A DNA stretch of 62,496 nt, counting the filler. It is 8 parts of 8 records of this genome, joined end to end, with 100 filler letters (N's around TTAATTAATTAA, not from the genome) between each part and the next. Parts side by side here need not be neighbours in the genome. Positions count along the whole stretch, not along the records: positions 18,725 to 26,316 come from SRR31147125_115686; positions 26,417 to 33,971 come from SRR31147125_115763; positions 34,072 to 40,138 come from SRR31147125_115947; 5 more parts are not named here. One strand, 5' to 3'. Every line of letters begins with the position of its first letter. Position 1 is the stretch's first letter. Positions 25,264-36,880 of this stretch are shown in pieces. Under the pieces are notes generated by a model, which worked only from the letters and a program-made list of their open reading frames with translations, did no database searches and had not been told where the DNA came from. The translations under genes and the position numbers were made by a program.

Positions 25264-26316
25264 TTATTCACAACCTTCATTAAGCAGAATCCAGAGGCCT
25301 GACTCAGAGGGGGAAACGATATCAAGCCTGCCGTCGTTGTTGAGATCTGCAACAGCAATCTGCCTGCCCATGGCGATGCCCTCCTCCGGACTGGTTATAC
25401 CATGCCGGGTAAAACCCTGGGTTGCAGGATCCCAGTCGTAATAATAGACCACCGGAGCGTCGTCATACCCGGGATCTTTGCCGTTGTGCGCCCAGATGCA
25501 TTTCCCGGTAACCAGTTCCTCCTCACCATCATTGTCAAGGTCAGCCAAGTATAATACATGGGCCTGGGACCACGAATCATCAATGAGGTGTTCCTTCCAC
25601 CTGGTGGTACCGTCCTCGTGAGGCTGAAGCTGCTCCCACCAGAACAGGCCATAGTCGTGTGCTCTACCGAAGATTATATCGAGCCTGCCATCCTCGTTCA
25701 GGTCCTTGGCAACAAATGGACAACTTGGATGTAACTTGATCAGGTCAGTCTCAGGATGAAGGGTCCACGACTTTGCAAACGGATCACCTTCAGGCCGCTC
25801 ATACCAGCCGATCTCAGTTAGAAGGTCTTCCCTTCCGTCCCCGTTCACGTCTCCCCAGGTAAATCCATGACCACCACCCTCCGCTCCAAGAACAAAGGAT
25901 TCCAGCGCGGGTTTACCGCTGACTGCTTTCGTGAATCGATATATTTTCTGAGGCTCTTTCGGGGCATAGCAGCTAATATGGATTTCTGGAATTCCGTCTC
26001 CATTATAGTCATGAAGGGCGTACATTTCGTTTCTTCCACTGGTCGTTGTCAGGGTATCTATACTCCAGGCTTTATGCATTTCCCAAGGCTTTCCGCTATC
26101 AGCGGCGCTGTTTCCAGTATTTTTATACCATACCGGGCCCTCATTGCCCCAGGTCCCGATGATGATATCCGGTAAACCGTCTTCATTCACGTCGAATACA
26201 AAGTCACTATTGGCATGGATGTAATCGGGAGAAAGATGGTTCGATCTGAATGCCTGCGGGATAAAATCAGGCCCAAAGAAGATATGCGGGCTGGATACTA
26301 TATCCTGATGACCGTC
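25264..26316 (-). CDS. FG-GAP/VCBS repeat beta-propeller protein (5' truncated)
   Basis: Repeated D(V/L/Y)N.DG..D(I/L) motifs: DVNEDGLPDII, DYNGDGIPEI, DVNGDGREDL, DLNEDGRLDI, DLDNDGEEEL, DLNNDGRLDI. Confidence 0.88.
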   Translation of the reverse strand, partial: DGHQDIVSSPHIFFGPDFIPQAFRSNHLSPDYIHANSDFVFDVNEDGLPDIIIGTWGNEGPVWYKNTGNSAADSGKPWEMHKAWSIDTLTTTSGRNEMYALHDYNGDGIPEIHISCYAPKEPQKIYRFTKAVSGKPALESFVLGAEGGGHGFTWGDVNGDGREDLLTEIGWYERPEGDPFAKSWTLHPETDLIKLHPSCPFVAKDLNEDGRLDIIFGRAHDYGLFWWEQLQPHEDGTTRWKEHLIDDSWSQAHVLYLADLDNDGEEELVTGKCIWAHNGKDPGYDDAPVVYYYDWDPATQGFTRHGITSPEEGIAMGRQIAVADLNNDGRLDIVSPSESGLWILLNEGCE

Positions 26317-26416
26317 NNNNNNNNNNNNNNNNNNNNNNNNNNNNNNNNNNNNNNNNNNNNTTAATTAATTAANNNNNNNNNNNNNNNNNNNNNNNNNNNN
26401 NNNNNNNNNNNNNNNN

Positions 26417-26797
26417 CCCCCCCATTTTATTGAAAACCGGAGCGACAATGGTGATATCCGGCAGATGGGTGCCCCCTTTATAGGGATCGTTGAGCATCAC
26501 CATATCGCCCTCTTCAAATTCCACTGCTTCAATGGCCGCCTGAACGGACATGGGCATGGACCCCAAATGAACGGGAATATGGGCCGCTTGAGCGATCATA
26601 TGTCCCTTTGCATCGAAAAGCGCGCAGGAAAAGTCCCGTCGTTCCTTGATATTGGGGGAGAACGCCGTGCGATTGAGCGTGACGCCCATCTCTTCACAGA
26701 TGGATGAGAAGCGATTTTTGAACACCTCCAGCAAAACAGGATTTGGGGAAGTCATCGCCATTGACGGATCCCCATCCGGGGAATTAAATGAATTCAT
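26417..26797 (-). CDS. Hydantoinase B / oxoprolinase family subunit (3' truncated)
   Basis: EEMGVTLNRTAFSPNIKERRDFSCALFD, HIPVHLGSM, NDPYKGGTHLPD. Confidence 0.93.
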
Positions 26798-26824
26798 ATA
26801 TCAAACCTCCTCCGTATATTTTCG

Positions 26825-28813
26825 TTATCGATGCGATCGAGTGGATTGCGTGTGAATCAAGAGATTTCCGAATCGATCCACTCCGGCTCGGGTGCCGGGC
26901 GGCATGACAATGGTGGACGTGTATTCCAAAACAATGGCAGGGCCGAGCACCTCATTTCCGTGGCGCAATTTCTCCCGGTGAATCAGCTCCGTTTCATATG
27001 GGATGCCGTCAAATAGCACATGGCGTGTGCCTGCAAATGCTTCACCATCAGGTTCTGAACCGGCATGGGGTTCCGGAGACGGCTCCGGCTTGTCCGGAGT
27101 GCCCCGGACACGAAGACGAATATTGACGATTTCCATCGCCTTTTCACGACTGCAGTAACCGTAGCCCTTTTCATGAAGCCGATGGAAACCCTCTTCGTAA
27201 TTCATATCGAACGGTACCATGATTTCATAGGATTGCCCTTTGTATCGCATATCGAGGTATTTTTCCAAATGGATTCGATCCTCTGCAATGCCTTCCCGGA
27301 TGAGTTCATCAATTCCTTTGTTCACAAGGGGATCGAAAAGTGAATCCAACTGCCCAAAATCCGAATCCGCTGCAATCAGCATCACCGTGAGGGAGTAATC
27401 CTTGATCACATCCGCCATAAGCATTCCCACCGCAGACAGGATACCGGGATTTTTAGGAACAAAGACCGTCGGCATATTGAGAAGTCGCGCCAACGCCACC
27501 GCATGAAGCCCTCCGGCGCCGCCAAACGAAAAGAGGGCAAATTCGGACGGATCGAAGCCGCGCTCCACGGAGATCACCCGGATTGCCTTTTCCATGGCCG
27601 TATTGGCAACAGCCAGAATGCCTTCCGCAAGCTCGACCTTATCCAGACCTGCCGCTTTGGACATTTTATCGAAATAGTGTTCGAGCCGATCAAAATCCAA
27701 TGTCATCCGCCCCCCGAGAAAATGGTCGGGAACCAGACGCCCCAGATAGAGGTTGGCATCGGTGACGGTGATCTCATCTCCCTTGCCGTAACAGATGGGA
27801 CCGGGATCGGCACCCGCACTTTCCGGCCCGACTTTCAGCGATCCCCCGGCATCGATGGCTGAGATGGATCCGCCCCCGGCCCCCACCGTGTGAATATCGA
27901 TCATGGGCACTTTTACCGGAAAATCGGAAATGGCCGACTCAAAAGTGAGGGGCAGGGCGGTGTCGATGAGGGCCACATCCGTGGATGTGCCGCCCATGTC
28001 AAAGGTGATCAATTTGTCTATTCCGGCCATCCTACCGGTTTCAAACGCCCCGACCGCCCCGCCTGCCGGACCTGAAAGAATGGTGCGCACCGATTCATCC
28101 ATGGCAGTTGACGCCGAAATACTGCCGCCGTTGGATTGCATGATCCGAAGCTCGTTCCCACCAATGTTCTCGATAATATGAGTGATATATCGCTTCATGA
28201 TGGGAGACACATAGGCATTGACCACCGTGGTGGAGGTCCGCTCGTACTCACGGAATTCCGCCAATATTCGATGGGAAAGAGAAATGCTGACACCGAGTTT
28301 TTCCAGGGCCTTCTCCATTTTGAGTTCATCGGACGGATCCAGAAATGAGAATAAAAAACAGACGGCAATGGCATCTACCCCGGCCGTTTCCAGCCTTTTT
28401 ACCACTTCGGCTGCCGATGCATCGTCAAAAGGAATCTCAACACTGCCGTCACTGTTGATACGGCAGTTCACCCCGAATCGAAGGTCATCCGGAACAATCA
28501 GTGGGGGCTTTTTATAGTTGGGATTGTATAACTCGATTCGATTCTGACGTCCGATGGCAAACACATCTTCAAACCCGCGATTGGTTATGAGCGCCGTCTT
28601 TGCCCCTTTTCGCTCCAAAATGGCGTTGGTGGCCACTGTGGATCCGTGCACCACCTTATAGGCCTCCGATTGCGTGATATGAGCGATCCCGCTCAGCACC
28701 GACTCGGCCGGATTGGATGGGGTGGAGAGCTGCTTGAATACACCCCATTTCCCATCGTTTTTATATATAAAATCAGTGAATGTGCCGCCGGTATCGACGC
28801 CGATCAGTTCCAT
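26825..28813 (-). CDS. Hydantoinase A / oxoprolinase family subunit
   Basis: IGVDTGGTFTD, HGSTVATN, SGPAGG, FDMGGTSTD, GAGGGS, GPESAGADPGP, FGGAGGLHA, DMRYKGQ. Confidence 0.95.
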   Translation of the reverse strand: MELIGVDTGGTFTDFIYKNDGKWGVFKQLSTPSNPAESVLSGIAHITQSEAYKVVHGSTVATNAILERKGAKTALITNRGFEDVFAIGRQNRIELYNPNYKKPPLIVPDDLRFGVNCRINSDGSVEIPFDDASAAEVVKRLETAGVDAIAVCFLFSFLDPSDELKMEKALEKLGVSISLSHRILAEFREYERTSTTVVNAYVSPIMKRYITHIIENIGGNELRIMQSNGGSISASTAMDESVRTILSGPAGGAVGAFETGRMAGIDKLITFDMGGTSTDVALIDTALPLTFESAISDFPVKVPMIDIHTVGAGGGSISAIDAGGSLKVGPESAGADPGPICYGKGDEITVTDANLYLGRLVPDHFLGGRMTLDFDRLEHYFDKMSKAAGLDKVELAEGILAVANTAMEKAIRVISVERGFDPSEFALFSFGGAGGLHAVALARLLNMPTVFVPKNPGILSAVGMLMADVIKDYSLTVMLIAADSDFGQLDSLFDPLVNKGIDELIREGIAEDRIHLEKYLDMRYKGQSYEIMVPFDMNYEEGFHRLHEKGYGYCSREKAMEIVNIRLRVRGTPDKPEPSPEPHAGSEPDGEAFAGTRHVLFDGIPYETELIHREKLRHGNEVLGPAIVLEYTSTIVMPPGTRAGVDRFGNLLIHTQSTRSHR

Positions 28814-29159
28814 TTCAATCTATCCTTTCATTCTCAGCTGCAGCTGTTTTGTTATATGAAAGTCCCTGCCGTTTCAGGTTCTCGGACTTTTATGTTTTGT
28901 TGCGTCAGGCGGGCCTAGCCCGGCCGTTATTATGTAAAAGAAATGTATTAGCAGAAATCGCCCATTTATATCAACTGACTATGTGACTATTTTGTGATCA
29001 TATTGACCGGAATGATGAAACAGTGCGCGAACCACCGTTTGGCCGGTTTTATACAGTGCAACTTATTACGGCACATATTGTTTAAATTTGAAGTCATGAT
29101 GAATTTGATTTTGCAGTTTTGATGGATATGATATTTGTTAATAAAATGGAGTCGATCCT

Positions 29160-30962
29160 ATGGAAAATACGCCGAACACGCGTCTCACTTTGATGGGCGG
29201 AAACGCATTTGCAGAGTATCTCTCTACCTTGACTCCCATCGATGGACAGAGACCTTCCAGGTCGGTGATCTATCAAAGAACCATGGAGCTCGTTTCCAGG
29301 GACATGTTGGACGGCACATTGCCCGATACCATCCGCAAAATGCTTGAAATGGCCGGAGTCGATCGATTTCTGCCCCCGCAATATGCCAAATACCAAAAAG
29401 TTGTGATGGAAGGGGCGGTGTTCGTTCTGGCCCATCTGCCCAAAGAGCAAATCGTGGACAAACTGACGGATCAGCTCATGCTACCGTTGACGGCGACCCC
29501 TGGGGAACGAATCCGCACGCTGGTTCAGGATATGCCCACCCTTCACAAGCTAAGTCAGATCATCGGAAGAAGTCCGGGTATCGATGCGTCGCTCAAACAA
29601 TCGTTGATCGATCTTGAAGACAATATCACCACAGTCTCTTATGAGACAATGAAAACCGCCCTTTTGACTGGATTGAATATCAGTCGATTAAATGAAAATG
29701 ACGCGACCGATTCTCAAAGGAACCGGAACCCGACAACAATCTCCAAACGGTTATTGAATAAGCTCTCACCTAAGAAAAAATCATCACCCCATTCAAATAA
29801 CAGTTCGTCTTCAGATAAAAACGAAGAAACGTCATCCAATATTTCCGTTGATGGAAAAATATTGGCAGAAGCCAGTGTTTGTGCCGTTATTCCCGGAACG
29901 ATATCGGGTCAATCCGTCGTCTTCAAAATGGTGAAACCGGTGATCAAAACCCGCATGGCCGCAGAACTGGCGCTTTGGGCACGTCTGGGAGATTTTTTAG
30001 ATGAACACAAAGAGGAATGGGGACTGGGGGATTTTCGGTTTAAAGGCACCATTGATCAGGTGAGCCGACTGCTTCAAAACGAGGTCGATCTAAATCTGGA
30101 GCAAGAAAACCTCAATGCTGTGGCGACATATTATGAAGGGATGCCGAGGATTGCCATTCCTGAGAAACTTCCCCAGTCCACCCCGGATGTCACTGTGATG
30201 ACCCGTCTGGATGCCGTAAAAATCACCGATGTGGAAGGGCTCACGCAAGGCCAAAAGAGGGCGCTGGCAAAAAAAGTGGCCCGTCTTTGCATCCTGCAGC
30301 CCATCATCGATCTTGAGCGGGAAAGCATCTTCCACGGCGATCCCCATGCCGGAAATATCGCCTACCGACTCGATGACGGATGCAGAACCGGCGGAAAACC
30401 CGAGCTGGTATTTTATGATTGGGCCATGGTGGGGCGCCTCAATCGCCTGGAGCGATTGGCTGTTGTGTTGATGATCTCCGGCTTGATTCTGGAGAACACC
30501 ACAGTGATTTACTATGCAGCAGACATCATGTCCGGCGGGAAAATTACGTCAGACCCCGTACTGAGCAGACTGGTGATAGATCTCATTTCCCAAGTGATAC
30601 AATCTAGGGAAAGCCGAATCCAAGGCGTACTCGGTTCTGTGGAAAATCTCATCGAGCAGATCATGTACCTCGGCGTAGTCTTTTCACCGGACCTGCTGGT
30701 ATTTGAAAAGAGTCTGGTTACGTTGAAAGGGGTCCTGGCGGATATCGATCCCACCTTCGATCGGGATGAATATATCGTGATTGCCGCGGTGGCCCAGTTT
30801 GTCAGCGACGTGATGCATTTCAAAGTGCAGTCCATCATCATCAAAGAGGTGTGGTCTCTGTATAAATACAGCTTGTCTCTCTTTTTCGAAATCCAGAAAA
30901 CCTTGGTGCGGTTCGGATGGGAAATGGTGAAAATGTATGGGGTGGGAAGTCCTGCCACTTAA
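29160..30962 (+). CDS. ABC1/AarF/UbiB family atypical kinase
   Basis: PTLHKLSQ, AEASV, VVFK, EVDLNLEQENL, FHGDPHAGN, YDWAM. Confidence 0.8.
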   Translation: MENTPNTRLTLMGGNAFAEYLSTLTPIDGQRPSRSVIYQRTMELVSRDMLDGTLPDTIRKMLEMAGVDRFLPPQYAKYQKVVMEGAVFVLAHLPKEQIVDKLTDQLMLPLTATPGERIRTLVQDMPTLHKLSQIIGRSPGIDASLKQSLIDLEDNITTVSYETMKTALLTGLNISRLNENDATDSQRNRNPTTISKRLLNKLSPKKKSSPHSNNSSSSDKNEETSSNISVDGKILAEASVCAVIPGTISGQSVVFKMVKPVIKTRMAAELALWARLGDFLDEHKEEWGLGDFRFKGTIDQVSRLLQNEVDLNLEQENLNAVATYYEGMPRIAIPEKLPQSTPDVTVMTRLDAVKITDVEGLTQGQKRALAKKVARLCILQPIIDLERESIFHGDPHAGNIAYRLDDGCRTGGKPELVFYDWAMVGRLNRLERLAVVLMISGLILENTTVIYYAADIMSGGKITSDPVLSRLVIDLISQVIQSRESRIQGVLGSVENLIEQIMYLGVVFSPDLLVFEKSLVTLKGVLADIDPTFDRDEYIVIAAVAQFVSDVMHFKVQSIIIKEVWSLYKYSLSLFFEIQKTLVRFGWEMVKMYGVGSPAT

Positions 30963-31133
30963 CCCCTTCAACGCTTTGGACTCTCCATCGCCCGCCCATG
31001 GGGAGTCTGCTCTGTCTTCTTCTTTCCTTCCCATTTTCATAAAAGCTGAATCACGATTGAATTTTTTTGTTGGAGCTGACATATTGTCTGACGCAATTTG
31101 CCACTATGTCTCTAATGGAAGGAGTTAGCTTGA

Positions 31134-32851
31134 ATGCGCGTTCTTAACGAAGGTAATATCAGAAAAATCTTATTTGTCAGTTCCATCAGTTTAGTTGCTA
31201 TTCTCAGCATCTCGTTCTTTGGGCTTTATGTTCTGGAACGATATCAAAATTTGAAACAAAATATTCTCAAAATCGAACAGAATTTTGTCGATCACCAAAA
31301 GGAAATGCTCAGTTTTGTCGTTAATCTCCAAGTCAATCGAATCGAGTATGAAAGACGGCAAATCAAAAAACGAATTCAAGAGTATTTGAAAGAGCACATT
31401 GATGAAGCCAAACTGATTGCCCATACACTCCTGGAGAAAAATGCCCCTCAACAAGACGTAATACAGAGAAACATCGTTCTGGAGGCACTTGCTTCTCTTC
31501 GATTCAATCATGGGGAGGGATACTTCTTTTCCATTGGATTGGACGAGAAGATAAGATTCTTTCCTCCCAACAAATCATTTGAAGGAAAAAAATTTCCGAG
31601 TGCTTCAATCCGGAGCAACAACAAATCATCAGGAAGATGATTTCCATCGTCCAAAAATACAATGACGGTTTTTTGGAATATCTTTGGCCGCTTCCCGGAT
31701 CCGATCAAAAACAACTTTTAAAAAAAATGTCCTATGTAACCTATTGTGAACCGTTGAATGGATTCATCGGCACGGATGTACATTTTAAAACGTTTAGAGA
31801 GTTGACAAAAAGAGACATTGCAGCAAACATCGAACAATTCATGGGGAAAGACCCTAAAAATTATTTTTTTATCTATGATCTTCATGACATCTATGGCGGC
31901 AAGGAATTCGCCACAATGCTTGTCAATCCCAATCGGCCGGATCTTATTGGACGTAAGCTATCCGATGACTACAAGGATGCCCACGGCAAAACATTTCGAA
32001 AAGAATTTTTGAAACAATTAAGAGAAAAAGGAGAGGCGTTTGTCACTTATTGGTATAAAAAACCCGACTCTCAAGATCCCAAACAAAAGTTGAGTTATTT
32101 CAAACTTTATCCTGAGTGGAATTGGGTCGTGGCCAAAGGAGTCTATCTCGATGATCTGGAAAGTATGATCCAAAATGAAAAAATCGCGTTGGAAACTTCC
32201 GTTAAAAAGCGGTTCATCACCTTCTCCGTTTTCTTTCTCATTGCCGTGATTTTAGTTGTGCTCATAGCGCATTTTTTTACCAGAGGAATCAATGCTATTT
32301 TTGTTGAATACAAACGCATCCAGGATCATCATCATGCCGAGCTTGAATCGATCAATCAACAGCTTCATAAACAGGCCACCACCGACACCTTGACCCAGCT
32401 ATACAACCGCTGCCATTTCAATGAACAACTGAAGCTGGAAATGGGTATTGCAAACCGCTATGGCCGCTTCTTGGCACTCATCATTTTCGATATCGACCAT
32501 TTTAAAAGAATAAACGACACTTATGGACATATTTGCGGAGATACCGTTCTGAAAGAGCTTGCCGATTTAATGAGGAAAAATGTTCGCGGTTCAGACATCC
32601 TGGCACGATGGGGAGGGGAAGAGTTCGTTCTGTTAATGCATGAAGTAAACAAGGACGTGATCGCAGATCTTGCAACCCGACTATGTGACTCTGTTGCAAA
32701 TTTTGATTTTTCCATTGATTCGCAGGTAACATGCAGCTTTGGTGTGACGATGTATCAGGCCGGGGAATGTGAAATCGACTTTATCAATCGCGCCGACGGT
32801 GCCCTTTACAGAGCTAAAAGTGAAGGCCGAAACAGAGTTGTTATTATGTAA
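31134..32851 (+). CDS. Membrane sensor diguanylate cyclase (two Cache-type domains + GGDEF)
   Basis: TM-Cache-Cache-TM layout; DTLTQLYNR, DIDHFKRINDTYGH, RWGGEEF, ALYRAKSEGRN. ORFs 31134-31640 and 31637-32851 probably join via an indel near the A7 run at ~31586-31592. Confidence 0.9.
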
Positions 32852-32969
32852 TTGAAAAAATCCCAAAATGGTCAAGCCCCCTCTTCACCATGGAGAGGGG
32901 GGACCACTTTTTTCAAATGGGTCCCCCCCAAATAGAGTCGTGCAGATAACGAATTCCGAAATACAAATA

Positions 32970-33971
32970 TTAATCTGCCTCAATAACCGGTTTTGAAGAT
33001 TTCATCGATTTTGGAGATGATGCTTTCTCTTTTTCGAAAAAGGATCTTGTTTCACGAACCACAACAGGCGTCAGCAACAACAGACCGACCAAATTGGGAA
33101 TCGCCATTAGGCCGTTAAAGGTATCGGAAAGGTTCCACACCAACCCGAGCTTTGCCACAGCACCCACGCCGACGAACAGTACAAAGACAATCCGATAAGG
33201 CATCACAGCAACTTTACCAAAGATATACTCGATGGATTTTTCACCGTAGTAGCACCAGCCCAGAATCGTAGAGTAAGCGAAAAGCATCAATCCGATGGTG
33301 ACGACAAATGCACCGCCCGGAATACCGGCCTGGAAGGCAACGGTTGTCAGCTCGGCACCGGTATGACCGGAATCCCAGCTGCCGGTAAGGATAAGAACCA
33401 ACCCGGTCAAGGTACATACGACGATGGTGTCGATAAATGTCTGAGTCATGGAAACAAGGGCTTGGGAAACAGGATGCTTGGTCTGTGCAGCAGCCGCAGC
33501 AATGGGAGCACTTCCGAGTCCGGATTCGTTTGAAAATACCCCCGTGCAACACCCATTCGGATGGCCATCATAACGGATGCGCCAGCAAACCCACCTGTGG
33601 CGGCTGTGGGAGTGAACGCCTCTTTAACGATGAGCGCCAGAGCATCAGGAACGGCACTGATGTTGATGAAAATAATGACCAAAGCCCCAACCATGTAGAA
33701 AACGATCATCACAGGAACAAGAACTCCGGTGACCCGACCGATCTTCTTGATTCCACCAAGAATGACACCGGCTGTAAGAATCATCAATACAACACCTGTA
33801 ACCATATGGGGAATATGAAAAGTCGCCTCAACTGCATCGGCCACAGAGTTGGACTGCACCATATTTCCGATACCAAATGAGGCTACCGTTGCAAATACGG
33901 CAAACAGAACCCCCAACCAGGGTAGATTGAGACCTTTGGAAATGTAGTACATGGGACCACCGCTCATTTCG
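32970..33971 (-). CDS. Sodium:alanine symporter family (AGCS), 5' truncated
   Basis: [20 protein letters not shown](V)[17 protein letters not shown] restored across an indel at ~33540, [17 protein letters not shown]. Confidence 0.93.
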
Positions 33972-34071
33972 NNNNNNNNNNNNNNNNNNNNNNNNNNNNN
34001 NNNNNNNNNNNNNNNTTAATTAATTAANNNNNNNNNNNNNNNNNNNNNNNNNNNNNNNNNNNNNNNNNNNN

Positions 34072-34724
34072 ACTTCAGTAATTCCGAATGTTTCCAGCAG
34101 CGGGGGGAAATCCTCAACTATATTACCCATCTTGCAGTTCTGCCACATGGATCCTTTCAGAAACCGCACACCTGAATCAGTAAACTGAATATGGGTCAGT
34201 TCGGTTCCGAACATTTCAAGCTTTTCCTGAACCGCCCTAAGCAGCACGGTACTTTTCCCTGCTCCTGAACCGCCGAGTACCAGAATCAGGCGATCTGTAC
34301 CGGGAACGACAAAGCTGGTGGAGTGGAAGGAGAATATTCCGCGTTCCTCAAGTTCATGCACCAGAATCTTAGAGAAAATCCCCATATTGCCGAAAATGGA
34401 GGCTCGTTTATCGCCGCAGTTCTCTTCCAGATCACGTATGGGACCGCTGAACAGGTACTCTGTCACCTTGCCGGCTTCATCGGTAACGCGCTCAAAATTC
34501 AGTTCATCGGTATTATTGTCATCAATCCGCACGGTGAATTCGGGTTTCCAGTCCAGGTCTTGTTCATCAGCTTCGATTAATGCGTGGAAATTTGAGAGCA
34601 GTGAATGCAGGTGTGCTCCAACACTGAAAAAATATTCATCATCCTGGATTATCCCCTGATAATTGGATTCCAGAATAAATTTCATACCCAATAGGGAAAA
34701 TCTTCTTGAATACTGCTGCTTCAT
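34072..34724 (-). CDS. Uncharacterised P-loop protein, HPr-kinase/PEPCK-like (3' truncated)
   Basis: FSFHSTSF followed by LILVLGGSGAGKSTVL (His plus Walker A spacing as in HPrK-like proteins). Start overlaps the upstream stop (ATGA). Confidence 0.55.
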
Positions 34725-35978
34725 ACTTCCACCTCCGCATATTCCCGTACCATCGGCAGAACCGACGATCCGTTTTCAATTATTGCTGTATCACTTTTGA
34801 GCATTCTCATGATCTGCTCCAGATGTTTTTCATTCTCTATATACTGCATTCCGGCCGCTTCAACTTCTTCCCGCGGCAGTGATGACATGAACCAGACGTT
34901 GTATCCGCGAATAATCTTCAGTGCCATATAGAGTGCCAGGCCATCCATCGAAAAATCTTTCTGGAGGGTTCGGGCTATTTCTGCCAGATCCATTGAAAAA
35001 TAGCTGAACAGCTCTTCCCTTATTTCCCAGCCCTTTGTGCAGTCGGAAAGAATAATCAGATTCCCGCCGGATTTGCAGGCTCGGCTGGAATTGGTCAATA
35101 CTTTCATTGATTGGTAAAACGAGATATCAGAGGGGGTTCCCCCTGCCGACGCGATTACCGTATCGTACTGTTTTTCTATGCTGGCAGCATGCATTTCGGC
35201 AACATAGCAACAGCAGCGTTCCCAGACATCATCCACCATACCGCACGCGGCAAACTCAATCTCATTTTTTTCGGTCAGAACAACATTTAAGGCCCATACC
35301 TCTCCGCAATCTGCTGTTTTATCACGAATATCTTCGCTGACTGGATTCCCGGATATAGTACCGGGTCCTACTCCGTCATGTACTTGCACACCGTCAAAAT
35401 AACGTTGATGATTTGCATAGATATCCTCAGCCGATGCTATGCCGGGCAGCAGGCTTTTGCGTCCCCCCGGAAAACCCCGCCATGGGATGAAATGTAACTG
35501 CACCAGTTACAATTAGTTTGTCAGCCTGCATGGCTTCTGTATTGAAACGTGCGCTGCCGACGGTTGTCAGATTGTCATACGCCGAATGGTTGCAGACAGT
35601 AACGTCTGCCGGTAATGGTCCGCCGCAGATTCTCTCGATTTCCTGCCTGGTTGAAGGTCGATGCAGTCCCAGCGCTACAATGATCGTTATGCTGCCGACA
35701 CCGATCTCTTCCAATTTTTTCAGCAACAGCGGAATATAGATATTACTACCGGTCGGTCTGGTATGATCCGATGCCACTATCGCTACCGAATCATCGGGAT
35801 TGATAAAATTTACCAGTCCTGTTTGTGCCGAATCGATATCTGCTTCGGTTAAAATCTGAGAGATGAGTCCGCTCTGTTTGTTAGTCTGCTGCATGGATAC
35901 GGGGTGGTTGGCAATGGTGTCTGCAGCTACTTCTGCCAGAGAAATTACCGTTGATCCGTAGCGGAGGTTTCTCAGCAT
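34721..35978 (-). CDS. LarA-family nickel-pincer-dependent alpha-hydroxy acid racemase/epimerase
   Basis: SDHTRP, ALGLHR, FHPMAGFSGGRKSLLPG (restored by removing one base from the C6 run at ~35463-35468), ANH, FYQSMK. These include the His and Lys residues characteristic of LarA. Confidence 0.85.
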
Positions 35979-36880
35979 TGACCGACCCCCCTATTGCGCA
36001 GAGGTGACTGCGCCCATGCAGCGTGCAGTTCGTTGACTGCGGCATCTATATCGAATAGATATTCAGGAATATGTAATCCATCTGCCCCATTTTGGGCATC
36101 CAACACACTGATGGTTCCGGTCTCCATATCACTTGCTTCCCAATCCAGAACGGTGGTCCGGGTTGAGAAGTATTCGGGATGCACTGCGTAGAGTGCCGAT
36201 GCAGCCGACCACAGAAATGCTTCAGGTTTACCGCTTTCAGCCATGACTGCAGGCGAAAGCAGGTGCTCCTTAACCAAATAGTAGAGTTTATTACTGTATT
36301 GCCTGATTTGCATCAGGTCCTCCAGATTCAGTTTAAATAACTCCGCAGTCTGCATCGGGATAAGCGTGAGATTTGCAGGGTCCATTAAAATTTGCTCAGC
36401 TGCTGATGGATCGACAGAGAGTGTCAGATCGCTTTGATTTTCCCATAGTGCCCTCTGCAATGGAAAATATTGTCCGCCGAACACGATCAGTCTATCCAAT
36501 AGTGTGCGAAAGGTATTATCCATAGCAGTCGCCGCGCTTACATTCGTCAACCTGCCGGTGGTGATCAGGGTTATCTCGTTTGGATTATTCCGAACCTCGT
36601 TTACTATGAATGCTGCGGCATTTTTTCCGCTGCAGACAGGAATATCGGTTCTGCCCATCAAACGCAGCAGCCATGCGGCGGCATCTTCACGGGCCTGTGA
36701 ATCGAATCCATCGATTGTATTGTCGATTTCCTGCATGGTAATTGCCACAATATCGACCTGTTCCTGTGCAAGCAGATACATAAGGGCAAGACCCTCATCT
36801 ATGCTGCCTCCCGGGAGTCCGAATGTCATAGCAGTATCGAAAATCACCCGAATTTTCCGGTTGGGAAGTACTGGATTCAT
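35972..36880 (-). CDS. Nucleoside hydrolase-fold protein, degenerate active site
   Basis: RVIFDTAMTFGLPGGSIDEGLALMYLL and EITLITTGRLTNV are collinear with the intact NH domain of the upstream gene. Confidence 0.72.
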   Translation of the reverse strand: MNPVLPNRKIRVIFDTAMTFGLPGGSIDEGLALMYLLAQEQVDIVAITMQEIDNTIDGFDSQAREDAAAWLLRLMGRTDIPVCSGKNAAAFIVNEVRNNPNEITLITTGRLTNVSAATAMDNTFRTLLDRLIVFGGQYFPLQRALWENQSDLTLSVDPSAAEQILMDPANLTLIPMQTAELFKLNLEDLMQIRQYSNKLYYLVKEHLLSPAVMAESGKPEAFLWSAASALYAVHPEYFSTRTTVLDWEASDMETGTISVLDAQNGADGLHIPEYLFDIDAAVNELHAAWAQSPLRNRGVGQC

